Below the pieces are notes generated by a model. It had not been told where the DNA came from, did not search any database, and worked only from the letters and a program-made list of their open reading frames with translations. From Azolla caroliniana (Eukaryota > Plantae > Polypodiophyta): a DNA stretch of 64,000 nt. The DNA is taken from positions 8,370,001-8,434,000 of the forward strand of contig JBHGNT010000009.1 in the NCBI GenBank assembly GCA_043228905.1, given 5' to 3'. Shown piece by piece: positions 25,361 through 37,000 of this stretch (positions within the stretch are counted from its first letter, which is position 1; each line of letters opens with the position of its first letter). Made by a program: the position numbers and the translations under genes.

Positions 25361-26494
25361 TTATAAATTACCATTGGAAATGTCTACAAATCTCCTATAA
25401 ACAACTAAGCTCTTGCTAGTCAGTGGAACGAGTCTACATATATTATCCGCATATTGAGCTCGGTATGGAGTCCACAACCATGCACCTAGTTGGCAGCTCA
25501 CTGTTTGCACCAGGTACTGTTCAGGCATTTCCTCGGGTAGAATGAGACAGCATCTCCGAATATTGAAGTAGTGTCGGAAATGTTCTGTATCCAAAATCAA
25601 TGTATTGTCAGCATTATATTCAGGCCAAGTAGCCCAAAAATCAGAAAGCCTCTTGAATCTTGCAGCTTCCATCTGCTCACAATTTTCTCGTGCCCATTGA
25701 CCTTTAAAACGACTTCGCCATTTTGGGAAGAATCTTGCCAAACACTTCCACACATCTGATTTTGGTTTCTCACTCCAAATAAACAAATCGAAGTACTCCG
25801 CAGCCCACTCTAGAAACTGATTTGCGTCCCTCCTTGGCTGCATATATCTCACACTCATCAAGACTTTATCCAGCTCCAAGATCAAGGCTCTTCGCTCGAC
25901 TTCTAGTGGTTTAGGTTTCCATTCCTGAAACTGAGCCACTGTTACACCATTTTCTGGTAGGATACGATCAATCTCAATCAGCTCAGGTTCGGCTGACACA
26001 ACTGGTGTCCTTTTCCTCTTTAAACCCCTAGTCGACTGTGTTGGGCCTAGCTTCACATTCTGGTGCTCTTGTTTTGTCGACTTAGTTATCAATCCTTGGA
26101 TTACCTCAGTGCATGTAGCTACTGTTCTGCTCGATATCAATCCACTGGTATCACATGCTGCATCTACCTGCAACACCAAGTCATCCGTGCTACATGCTGC
26201 ATCTACCTGCAACACCAAGTCATCCGTGCTACATGCTGCATCTACCTGCAACACCAAGTCATCCGTGCTACATGCTTGATCAACTTGTGTGACCAGATCA
26301 CTTGTGTCAGTTGCTACATCTACTTTCAAGATGGGGCCCTTTAAACATGCCGCAACATCAACAGTATCCACACTGCCATTGGCCTTACGAGCAATAGAAT
26401 CAAACCCTTTAGACTCTGCAACATCAGAAAACACCAACATATTCACACTCACAAAGTAACTACTAGTCTCACAAAACAATATCCTGAACATCAA
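25361..26494 (-). CDS. FCP1/SCP (NIF)-like HAD phosphatase-domain ORF with N-terminal 13-aa repeats; 5' end uncertain
   Basis: ALILELDKVL (degenerate DxDxT), RRDANQFLEWAAEYFDLFIWS, FKRLSDFW, YNADNTLILD, in the order expected for FCP1-homology domains. Confidence 0.7.
   Translation of the reverse strand: MMFRILFCETSSYFVSVNMLVFSDVAESKGFDSIARKANGSVDTVDVAACLKGPILKVDVATDTSDLVTQVDQACSTDDLVLQVDAACSTDDLVLQVDAACSTDDLVLQVDAACDTSGLISSRTVATCTEVIQGLITKSTKQEHQNVKLGPTQSTRGLKRKRTPVVSAEPELIEIDRILPENGVTVAQFQEWKPKPLEVERRALILELDKVLMSVRYMQPRRDANQFLEWAAEYFDLFIWSEKPKSDVWKCLARFFPKWRSRFKGQWARENCEQMEAARFKRLSDFWATWPEYNADNTLILDTEHFRHYFNIRRCCLILPEEMPEQYLVQTVSCQLGAWLWTPYRAQYADNICRLVPLTSKSLVVYRRFVDISNGNL
26140..26330 (-). 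repeat. 39-bp coding tandem repeat (VDAACSTDDLVLQ), about 3 perfect plus flanking diverged copies
   Basis: Unit catgctgcatctacctgcaacaccaagtcatccgtgcta. Confidence 0.9.
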
Positions 26495-26664
26495 AGAGTT
26501 TCAGTCATAGAACAACACTCTTCAAATTATCTTGGAAAAACATCATAGAGTTCCATTACATAATGTGGATCAAGCAACAACCAATCTGAGGTTTTACTTG
26601 TCCAACAGGATAGTAAAACTTCATAAAACCCTAGCAAAATCCCTAAGCTAACAATCATATCCAA

Positions 26665-29600
26665 CTAAACAGTATTTCGCTCCACTACGTCTGGGCCCCT
26701 TGACCGAGTAACTGGTCTTGTTCCCGATCGTGGCCCCTTCTTCAGCCTTTTTCTGGTTGGTTCCCCATTTAGCCTTGCTTCTAGGACCCAATGCGCAAGT
26801 GTGTCCTCCTCCGACAACCTTCCCATCGCCTCAGCAGCTAATTGCACATCAGCCGTTTCTTGAACTAGCTTTTCAAGTACAGAGGGATCTGTTTGGACAT
26901 TTTCAGTAGTTGGGCTCGGTGGGGTGGAATCAAGGTCTTGAGACTCGAAGAAATGTTGCATCAAGTGTTCATAAACACTGTTGTTGTGAACCTCAGTTTT
27001 ACATGTTGTTTCCACTATTTCATGGCATTTCACATCGTTGCCTAATTCAGTACACTGTTCCAAAAGAATAGGGTGCAGCTGATCTGAAGGAGATGTGATA
27101 GCAGGACTCTTACTTTCAGCCACATTGGCAGTAGTATCCTCATCTGTTGCAGCATCATCAGCACCAGACACATCATGTGCCGTCCTTAATCCACAAGATT
27201 CTACAATAACATGATAGTTATTTAGGATAGCTAATTAGCTACTTTACTAAACTATGGTAGAAGCTAGGATAGCTAATTAGCTAGTACGATAGCTAATTAG
27301 CTAGTATGATAGCTAATTAGGTACTTTACTCAACTATGGTAGTAGTTAGGATAGCTAATTAGGTACTTTACTCAACTATGGTAGTAGTTAGGATAGCTTA
27401 TTAGCTACTAGGACAGCTAATTAGCTGCCAGTAGCTAATTAGCTGCCAGTAGCTAATTAGCTACTAGGATAGCTAATTAGCTGCCAGTAGCTAATTAGCT
27501 ACTAGGATAGCTTATTAGCTACTTTACACAACTATGGCAGTAGCTACTAGGATAGCTAATTCGCTAGTAGGATAGCTAATTAGTTTCCAGCAGCTAATTA
27601 GCTACTAGGATAGCTAATTAGCTACTAGGACAGCTAATTAGCTGCCAGTAGCTAATTAGCTACTAGGATAGCTAATTAGCTGCCAGTAGCTAATTAGCTA
27701 CTAGGATAGCTTATTAGCTACTTTACACAACTATGGCAGTAGCTACTAGGATAGCTAATTCGCTAGTAGGATAGCTAATTAGTTTCCAGCAGCTAATTAG
27801 CTACTAGGATAGCTAATTAGCTACTAGGATAGCTAATTAGTTGCCAGTAGCTAATTAGCTAGTAGGATAGCTAATTAGGTACTTTACTCAACTATGGTAG
27901 TAGCTAATTAGCTAGTAGGATAGCTAATTAGCTACTTTACTCAACTATGGTAGTAGCTAATTAGCTACTAGGATAGCTAATTAGCTGCTAGTAGCTAATT
28001 AGCTACTAGGATAGCTTATTAGCTACTTTACACAACTATGGCAGTAGCTAATTAGTTACTAGGATAGCTAATTAGTTACTAGGATAGCTAATTAGCTACT
28101 ATGGTAGCTAATTAGCTACTTTACTCAACTATGGTAGTAGCTAGGATAGCTAATTAGCTACTTTACTAACTATGGTAGTAGCTAGGATAGCTAATTAGCT
28201 ACTTTATTAACTATGGTGGTAGCTAGGATAGCTAATTAGCTACAATGAAAGCTAATTAGCTACTTTCTCAACTATGTAGTAGCTAGGATAGCTTATTAGC
28301 TACTAGGACAGCTAATTAGCTGCCAGTAGCTAATTAGCTACTAGGATAGCTAATTAGCTACTTTACACAACTATGTCAGTAGCTAATTAGCTACTATGAT
28401 AGCTAATTAGCTAGTAGGATAGCTAATTAGCTAGTAGGATAGCTAATTAGTTGCCAGTAGCTAATTAGCTAGTAGGATAGCTAATTAGCTTTTTTACACA
28501 ACTATGGTACTAGCTAATTAGCTAGTACCATAGCTAACTAGCTACTAGGATAGCTTATTAGCTACTTTACACAACTATGTCAGTAGCTAATTAGCTACTA
28601 TGATAGCTAATTAGCTAGTAGGATAGCTAATTAGTTGCCAGTAGCTAATTAGCTAGTAGGATAGCTAATTAGCTATTTTACACAACTATGGTACTAGCTA
28701 ATTAGCTAGTACCATAGCTAACTAGCTACTAGGATAGCTTATTAGCTACTTTACACAACTATGTCAGTAGCTAATTAGCTACTATGATAGCTAATTAGCT
28801 AGTAGGATAGCTAATTAGCTAGTAGGATAGCTAATTAGTTGCCAGTAGCTAATTAGCTAGTAGGATAGCTAATTAGCTTTTTTACACAACTATGGTACTA
28901 GCTAATTAGCTAGTACCATAGCTAACTAGCTACTAGGATAGCTTATTAGCTACTTTACACAACTATGGCAGTAGCTAATTAGTTACTAGGATAGCTAATT
29001 AGTTGCCAGTGGCTAATTTAGCTAGTAGGATAGCTATTTAGCTTTTTTACACAACTATGGTACTAGCTAATTAGCTAGTACCATAGCTAATTAGCTACTA
29101 GGACAGCTAATTAGCTAGTAGCTCATTAGCTGCCAGTAGCTAATTAGCTAGTAGGATAGCTAATTAGAAAAGACTAAGCTTATTAGCTACAGTATGGTAT
29201 ACCTGTTTGTTTTCTCCACTCATTTGGTAGAGTTGTACTGCAATCTCCCAAACAGAATGTAGCAATTCGACAGGCATGTTGAAAACAAAGCAGATGGTAT
29301 GTGTGGTTGCATGGTTGTAGGTGAACCAACAAAGACGCAGTTTTGTCCTCCACACCTAACCCGCAAGCGATGCAACGTGCTTGAACTGTCAATAAATCAT
29401 TTTCTGGTTCTACTTCATTTGGTAAGGGAGCAAGAATGTTCAGGTCCAAATCCTGTCTGGTCCTTACCATTTCCTCCACAAAATGTAGCTTCTTCTTAAG
29501 GCAGCTAACTACCTGTTCTTGATGAATGTATTGTTCCTTCAACGCAACAGAGAAATTTACCGATTAATTATTCTTGTTGTTGAAAGATACACCAACTTTG

Positions 29601-31057
29601 CTCAGGAATCGTTAACTTACTTGAAGCTTATCCAAATTGTAATCTGCAACAGTATTTACACCTAGAAGGTCCAGGTTCATTGAAAGAACCTGGATCTCTA
29701 TTTGCAGTTCTATTTTACGCTGGGGATCCAGTGGCCCCTCTAATTCAAGCTCCTGTTGCGCAACCTATTCCAGATAATGCTTGATTAGCACATTTTACCC
29801 GTTATTTATAACACAATCACATACCAGCAAAACAATAGTTACCTGAATCTTATTTCTAATTGTTGTAACAACAGAAGTAACTTTGCTCTCCATTGCAGAA
29901 GCCATTGTGGCTTTCTCTAAATCAGTCTTAAAAAATGCCAATGTCTCACAAGCTTCATGGACATTTTTTAGCATATAGCTAACCAATGTCTCACCTGTAT
30001 CATCGACATTGGCTTTCCTTGGGTGTCGGTGTGGTGTATGCCCCCGGTCTTGCTGGGAGTCGGCAGTTGCATCAACAGCTGCCATGCTCCAAAATCTGTC
30101 TATTTTTTGTGCCAAGGTCCCCATCTTTCGGCATCTTTTTACCGATGCCTCACCATAGACTGCCCAAGCTACCCTATACATTTCAGGGTCTCTAGATTCC
30201 TTCGCTGTTTTGCAGTACTCATATGCAAATGCTCTAGCAAATGAAACTGACAACTCATTGTTGACTGGGATCTCCTGATGAACTTTCTGGTGCAGTCTCA
30301 TGCAGTCATCGTACAAGTCGGCTCGTACATGCTTCAGCTTGACCTTGCCTTTGACTCTAGGCACTGTATATACTGTCATCCAGTCTATATCACTGATCAA
30401 TTTATCACTTAGGACAACAGGGTCAACACCCTCGAGTGACAGACCATAGGTGTTGTGGAAGTCCTCCTTTGTCTCGCAAAATTTTGCGAAGTTTAGCACT
30501 CTCGTATACGGAGGAACGAGCCATCTGAAATATCATTTCAGAAATCAGAAATAGTGCAAAATCAGAATATGTGAGAATCAAAAACCCCAATCAACAACAA
30601 CAAAAATGGTGCAAAATCTTTAACTTAACCTAATCAAAATCTGTAATCAGAAGTTTGAAATCAGAAACCCTAATCAAAATCTGTAATCAGAAGTTTGTAA
30701 CCAGAAACCTTATTCAGAAATTCTAATCAGAAATTTATAATCAAAAACCCTAATCAGAAATTTCAATCAGAAACCCTAATAAAAAATTTCAATCACAAAC
30801 CCTAATCAGAAATCCTAAGCAGAAATTTATAAACAAAAACCCTATTCAGAAATTCTAATTTGTAATCAAAATTTGTAACCAGAAACCCTATTCAAAAATT
30901 CTAATCAGAAATTTATAATCAAAAACCCTAATCAGAAATTTCAATCACAAACCCTAATCAGAAATTTCAATCACAAACCCTAATCACTAAAGACAGGATT
31001 AAACACAAAAAAAGTAATATAAACACACCTGTTGCTACTCCCCGATTTGCGAGACAT
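26665..31057 (-). CDS. Five-exon ~574-aa accessory protein with RING-H2-like finger (exons 31057-31029, 30524-29843, 29764-29621, 29536-29203, 27200-26665)
   Basis: All four introns are GT-AG and phase-compatible (2,0,0,1); spliced length 1725 nt with no internal stop. Exon 4 has CIAC...PCNHTYHLLC...CLGDC. Confidence 0.75.
27226..29190. repeat. Second intronic TAGCTAATTAGCTA array, with variable linkers and higher-order duplications
   Basis: Fills intron 29202-27201 of the minus-strand gene; linkers include CTAGGA, GCCAG, CTTTACACAACTATGG. Confidence 0.95.
30540..30990. repeat. Degenerate AAACCCTAATCAG-type repeat in intron 1 of the RING gene
   Basis: Many copies of aaaccctaatca / aatcagaa. 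Confidence 0.8.
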
Positions 31058-34000
31058 CCTTGTATGGGACTCCAAGGACTTCGCCCTATTCGATTTTGGG
31101 GAAATATGAATCGGCACCAAAGTTCAGACAGTAGTCAAAATGAAAAAACAAATGTTTGGGGTTTCTGTAACTGAAACATACCTGGACGATGATCGAGCGG
31201 GTTCTGTGTTGTAGCTCTCAATCTGCAATGTCGATTTTTTGCTGTTGCGGGAGCTACGTCTGCGTTCGTGCTCTGAGTACTCCATCTGCGTTCAAAATCA
31301 GACTTAGGCTAAACAGGAAATTGATGACATTGAAGTCGACCTTAGATGATGGTGATATTCCCCAAGTTCCACTACGTCTGAAACAGAAGTTCAAATATTT
31401 GAGTTTTTTCATAAATTAGTTTTTCAAATATTTGATTTTCCCACAAGAAAGACTAGCTAAACAAATAGCTAATTAGCTATGGCCATTTTAGTAGCTAATT
31501 AGCTATAATAGTGTTTCCACTCGCATGCTTTTACCCTGACGCGGTCCTCACTAGAGCATAAATGGGAGTTGCCTCCAAAACATGAGTGGGAGCAACTGTT
31601 GACGCGGTCCTCACTAGAGCATAAATGGGAATCGGAGCGACCGCTAACGTGGTCCTCACCGGAGCAGAAACGGGAGTTGCCTCCAAAACATGAGTGGGAG
31701 CAACCGTTGACACAGTCCTCACCGGAGTAGAAATGGGCATTGGAGCAACCGTTGATGTGGTCCTCGCCGGAACAAGCGTCCAAACAAATGGCAGAGCATT
31801 GGCTCAAAGAAGAGTGGAAGCAATCGCTTGTGGGCGAGAATTCAAGGTGAAGTTAATGGTGCGAGATTGCCAATCCACGATTGGATTGTGAGTCTCGAGC
31901 CATGATAACCCCAAGATGATAGGATGTCGAGGTGATGTGATGAGGTTAAAAATGATTTCTTCTTGGTGGCCTCCTATGTGGAGACTCAAGGGAATTGTTG
32001 TATCTGTGATTGCACCAGAAGAGAGCGTTCGACCGTCAATCACTTCAACTGGAATCGGGACAGTTATTTTATTGCTTGGAATGTTGTGTGTCCGTGCAAA
32101 CATGATATCAATAAAGCACGACATAGCCCCAGAATCCAACAAAGCTTTTATCTTTAGAGTGGTAGAGCGAAACTGAAGAGTGATCGGAAGTGTGAAGCTT
32201 GTTGTTGAGGCAGTTGGTTGATTGGGCCCTTGACACAATTGTTGACTCTTGTGGTCCAGATGCACAACCCCTACTGCAACTAGACATTGGAGTTTTCCTG
32301 TTGACAGAAAATGTCAACCCCATCCACACGATGTGGTGTTTGATGGGGTCCCTTTTTTGGGCAAGAGCAGATCAAATGGTCGGGCCGCCACAGTAGAGAC
32401 ATAAATTGTTGGCCCGTCGTTGTTGTCGTTGCGCGTTCGTAAATGGTCGGTAGCGAACTCGATCGATCTCCATTGGGGAGCTAGAATGTATGGTAGGAGT
32501 TGAAGATGAAGTGGAGGGTGACATGGGAATCGGGGCCGTCGACCACAATAGGTGACTTTGTGTAGCGGCTGGCCAAGGTGGATGGATCCGGTGAGGATGT
32601 TCCTCTTGCCGGAACTCAAAGAGACGGTTATCGTAGCGCACAACTTGGGAAATAGCCTCATTCAAAGATGTGGGCTCAAGAAAGTTAAGCAAAAGATTTT
32701 TTATCTCACCTCGTAATCCTCAACAAAATTGATTGAGGAGGGCCTGTCCATCCCATTCGTATGCATAGATTGATGCCGCACGTTCTCCTTGTTGTAATGC
32801 ATATAATTTGTTGAGTGCAGCTCGTCGTTTGTCAGTCTCCCCGAAAGTTGCTTCGAATTCGATAAAGAAATGTTTGGAAGTCGGTCAAGAGGGGCGAAGA
32901 GGTCTCCAACAGAGGGGCAAACCAAGCTTGGGCTTGTCTTGTCAGCAATGTGCCGATGAGCCTGACTCATCGAAAGTCATCAGAATAGCGTCGGGGCTGA
33001 CGACGAGTAATAAGATGGATCTAGTTGATGAAGCCTTTTAACCATGACCTTGTTCCATCGAATTTATCTGGCAAGCTAACCTTGGGTTTTGTCGTAGAAG
33101 GGTCAATAATTGGGTGAGGTATGACCATTGTGGTTGCCTGAAGTTCTTGGACGGTGTTTCGCAAGTTGGCATTCTCATGTTGGAGTTGTTGCAAGACCAC
33201 CAAAATTTGCTCAAGGTTACTAGATGATTCTAACATGATAGTGTATTGAGAAAGAAGAAAAAGAAGGAAATCAATTTTTCACGGATGAACAATTGGAAGA
33301 TAAAGAGATGGGGAAGTTGATGACCATGAGTAAGAATATCTATTCCATGACTGGTGTTGATTTCCTATATGTTAACAAGGGAGATCAACCCTTTTTATAC
33401 ATGTAGTGAAGCATGATAAGCATGCTCATGCCAAGTCTTACATACTATAATATCAAGCATATTAATTCTTGCATGCCAAGTCTTACGTACTCAGTCTTAC
33501 ATACTCAATCTTACATACTCGGTCGGTCTTATATACAACTCTTTATACAAAGGTTTAAAATCTAAAGTTTGTCTAGGAGAAATATATTTATACAAGAACG
33601 TAAGGCTAAAATTCAAGTTGATGTTCATGACAATAGCAAAGGAATACAGACATAGGTTTAATGGAAACCTTACACGGTAGAGATAGAATTAGAGCAGAAC
33701 ACAGAAAACCTGTGTATTCCAAAACATTAAAAACTCTTTGTACATACAAATGTCCTATAGAACACTTTTTATAAAAGTTCTTAAAAGGATTGACAAGTAC
33801 TTCAATGCTCATACGAGCGACTAACACTAATTAAAAGGAATCTACCTACGTACTAGGCTAAGATTGTAGACCTCTAACGGCCTACCGATTACAATCTGAT
33901 CCATCTCTCTGATCCAACCGTTGGTTCCGGATACCTACCCAGTTCTCCGTTCCGGATACCGATCTCGCTCTGGCTTATTCAGCTGATCCAGATCCGGTTG

Positions 34001-37000
34001 AGCTTGTCCTCTCAACACTCCCCCTCAAGCTCAACTTGAGGTCGGATCACTGAGACACTGTTTGTGTCAGCTAGTCCTTTCCTCTGGCTCCACCTGGCAT
34101 CCTCTCGCCTGGTCGCTCGTCGTCCGGTCTAGTCCTACTTTCCTCGACCCATCTGGCTCCACGCTCTTCAACCTTCTCAGTCCGCTTGTCTGCTCCTTCA
34201 GCCCTTATCAGCTCCCTTGTTGTCGCGGTGCTAGCGCCCCTGGCCCTGTTGGCTCCTCTGTAAAGCGTCGGCTTTGGCTGCCTTTTTTGTCCGCTTGGCC
34301 CATCGTAGATTCGGCTCCTCCGAATCTAACATTATGATTGAATCGGGTACATTCAATTCATTTCTACTACCGACCGAATCGGCTATCTCCGATTCGTCTT
34401 CTTCCTTAACAGAGCTAGTTACATCTCCAACTCGACTCCGATTTCCAGAGCTCTCAGTCCGTGTCTCGGCCTTTCCGGCTTTGCCTCCCCCTCTTTCGGT
34501 TGGCTCCGAATTGGGCTCTCCATTTTGGTGGCTCCCCCTACGTCTGGTCTCGGCTTCCGAGTCCCATGCATTCCAACTTCATGAGTCGGGCCGAAGTCGA
34601 AATTAGTTTTCGACTCATCTTTTCGGTCGTCTTTCTCATTCCTCCTTTCATTACTCCCCCTCAAGTGTGGCATATTGAGGTATTGCACACCTAGTGCACC
34701 GGAAAATTGCTGCAACTTGTCCAAGCCGAGGGGTTTGGTGAAGATATCAGCCACCTGCCGATCTGTCGGAACATGTGACAGTTCCACTTCACCGGAGAGA
34801 ACGCGCTCTCGAACAAAATGATAGGGCACATCAATGTGCTCAGTCCAGGCGTGCAAGACGGGATTCTTTGCCAATTGGATGTTGTTGAGGTTGTCGCAAT
34901 AGATCATCGTTGGATCAGACACCTCCACTCGCAGATCCTTCAGGAGCTATTTGGCTTCACACGTTGCAACAACCGCTCCTCTGTACTCAGTCTTTGTGCT
35001 CGACAATGCTACTATCGGTTGCTTTTTACTACTCCAGGAGACAGCGGCGCTTCCTAGTGAAAACACATCTCCAGATGTAGACCTGAGGTCGCAAGCATTT
35101 CTAGCCCAATCGGCATCTGTGTAGCTGACAAGCTGTCCGGCTACACCAGTCCGATATAGCAACCCCTTGTCCTTAGTGTCGTTGACGTACCTCAGTATTT
35201 GGTTCGCGCATTGAATGTGCTCCAAGGTTAGATGTGCCATAAATTGACTAATTAGTGTGACCGGATAGTTGAGATCCGGCTAGGTGATTGTCAGATATAT
35301 GAGGCTTCCAACTATCTGTCAAAACCTTTTCGGGTCGCATGTCGTTATAGAGTCGGGGCAAAGCTTCACATTTCGGTCCAATGGAGTCGAAACAGATTTG
35401 CATTCCATTATACCAAATTTGAAGAGCATACTCAGCACATAATGCCGTTGGCTTATCAGTATGCCTCCGGGGTTGTGGATCACTTCGATCCCGAAGAAGT
35501 AATGAAGGTTCCCAAGATCCTTCATGTCAAATGATGCTGCAAGTTCGGACTTGACGCGGTTGATTTCATCCAGGTCGGTGCCGGCGATGACTAAATCATC
35601 AAAATAAAGTAAAATACTAACCGACCGGTTCTAACCTTGCCAGATGAAGAGTGAAGAATATGGCTTTGACACGGAAAACCCCATCCGACGCAGTCGCTGC
35701 GTGATCTTCACGTTCCAGGCACATGGGGCTTGCTTTAGTCCATAAACGAATTGAAATCTGGGGGGCTGAACTATGTATACTTGTCCCTCAAGATCACCTT
35801 GTAGGAACGCACTTTTCACATCCATTTGATGTAGATGTCACCCCTTCGTCGTTGCCACCGCAAGCAGGACACGAACGGTCGTCATCTTCGCGACCGACGT
35901 GAACGTCTCATCGTAGTCGATGTTGTGTTGCTGCACGTAGTCTTTGGCCACTAATCATGCCTTGTACCTGTTGACGGAGCCATTGGTGTTGTATTTAACC
36001 TTGTATACCCATTCGCAACCGATCGGCTTCACTCATGTCGGTACGTCCACTAAATCCCACATCTCATTTTCCGTGAGTGCGTGCATCTCTTCCTCCATAG
36101 CGGCACGCCAATTTGCGTCCTTCACCACTTCTGCATACCTCTCTGATTCACGCACTACCGCCACCTTCATCATGTACGCATAATGATGTGCCATATACTC
36201 ATTATACTCGTACCTCTTCATGGGGTTCTTCTGGTGGGTGGATCAACACAATTCCTGATTCGCCAATTTCGCGGCCTTCTCAGCCGACTTTGACCTCTTC
36301 CTCAGAGGTTCCTTTTTTATCCTGTGAGAGTCAGATTCACTCCAATCCAACTCGGCTCAGTCGGTGTTGTACTCTAGCATCTTCTTCTTCCCTTTTTCTT
36401 GGCGCATGAACCGTCTCCTCGGTTCCTTGCGCGGGGAGAGCATGGCCGAGTCTTTAAACTACTCACCGGCTCATCATCCAGTTGACCACTCTAGATTCGG
36501 TTCACTCATCCAGAGAGAAGTCGGACTATCCGATTATTCGGATTCTGTGACACTTCTCTCTGTTCCGGATTCCACCGGATCATCTACAATAATCAGCTCA
36601 AGTTCGGGTGGAGAGAAGTACCAAGATGCCAATTCATCAGAAACCACATCTCGGCTAACTCGGACCACTTTCGATCAGGCGTTATAACGCTTATAACCCT
36701 TCTGTTCATCCGAGTAGCCAACCAGGATGCACTTCTCGGATTTTGCATCAATTTTTCTTCGCTTTTCATCTGAAGGTGCGCTAAATTAGGCTTCTGCTCA
36801 AAATACAGATCGTGCGGCGACACCTTTGTCATTGAGGCAGATATCCAATTTTGGATGTAGTCGGCTGTCCAAATTTCTTCGGCCCAATAAAACTTGGGCA
36901 TGCTTTTCTCCTCAAGCATCTCCCTTGCCACTGCTACTAGCGTCCTGTTTCGATGCTCGGCCATGCCATTCTGCTACGACGAGTATCTGCAAGAGAATTC

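Larger units (their letters stand above)
19648..31536 (+). mobile_element. 11.9-kb TIR DNA transposon, Sola-like (GGG termini, 4-bp TSD)
   Basis: Left TIR GGGTGAAAGCATGCGAGTGGAAACA (19648-72) and right TIR TGTTTCCACTCGCATGCTTTTACCC (31512-36) are 24/25 complementary. TSD TGAC at 19644-47 and 31537-40. Removing the element restores the host gypsy repeat unit gcaaccgttgacgcggtcc. Confidence 0.93.
11489..33632 (-). mobile_element. Ty3/gypsy (Tcn1-like) element F, degenerate; hosts gypsy C and the DNA transposon; 5' LTR ~33277-33632
   Basis: gag 33236-32372 (PKVSLPDKFDG, CLYCGG); PR 32265-31804 (ALLDSGA); RT 19647-18414 (YLDD); RH continuous across insert C (KNLVYFTTTR|ILNWRQARW); INT 11864-11490. 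LTR starts TGTCATG at 33632. Confidence 0.88.

Noticed and set aside
21885-29190. CRISPR-like reading of the palindrome-plus-linker arrays
   Set aside because: Linkers are mostly 5-6 nt and reused from a small set, not unique spacers. No cas genes; the context is eukaryotic and intronic.
30540-30990. Interstitial telomere
   Set aside because: The AAACCCT cores are not in tandem heptamer register.
19648-31536. CACTA, hAT, Mutator or Helitron assignment
   Set aside because: No CACTA ends, the TSD is 4 bp (not 3, 8 or 9), TIRs are present, and there are no Rep/helicase motifs.
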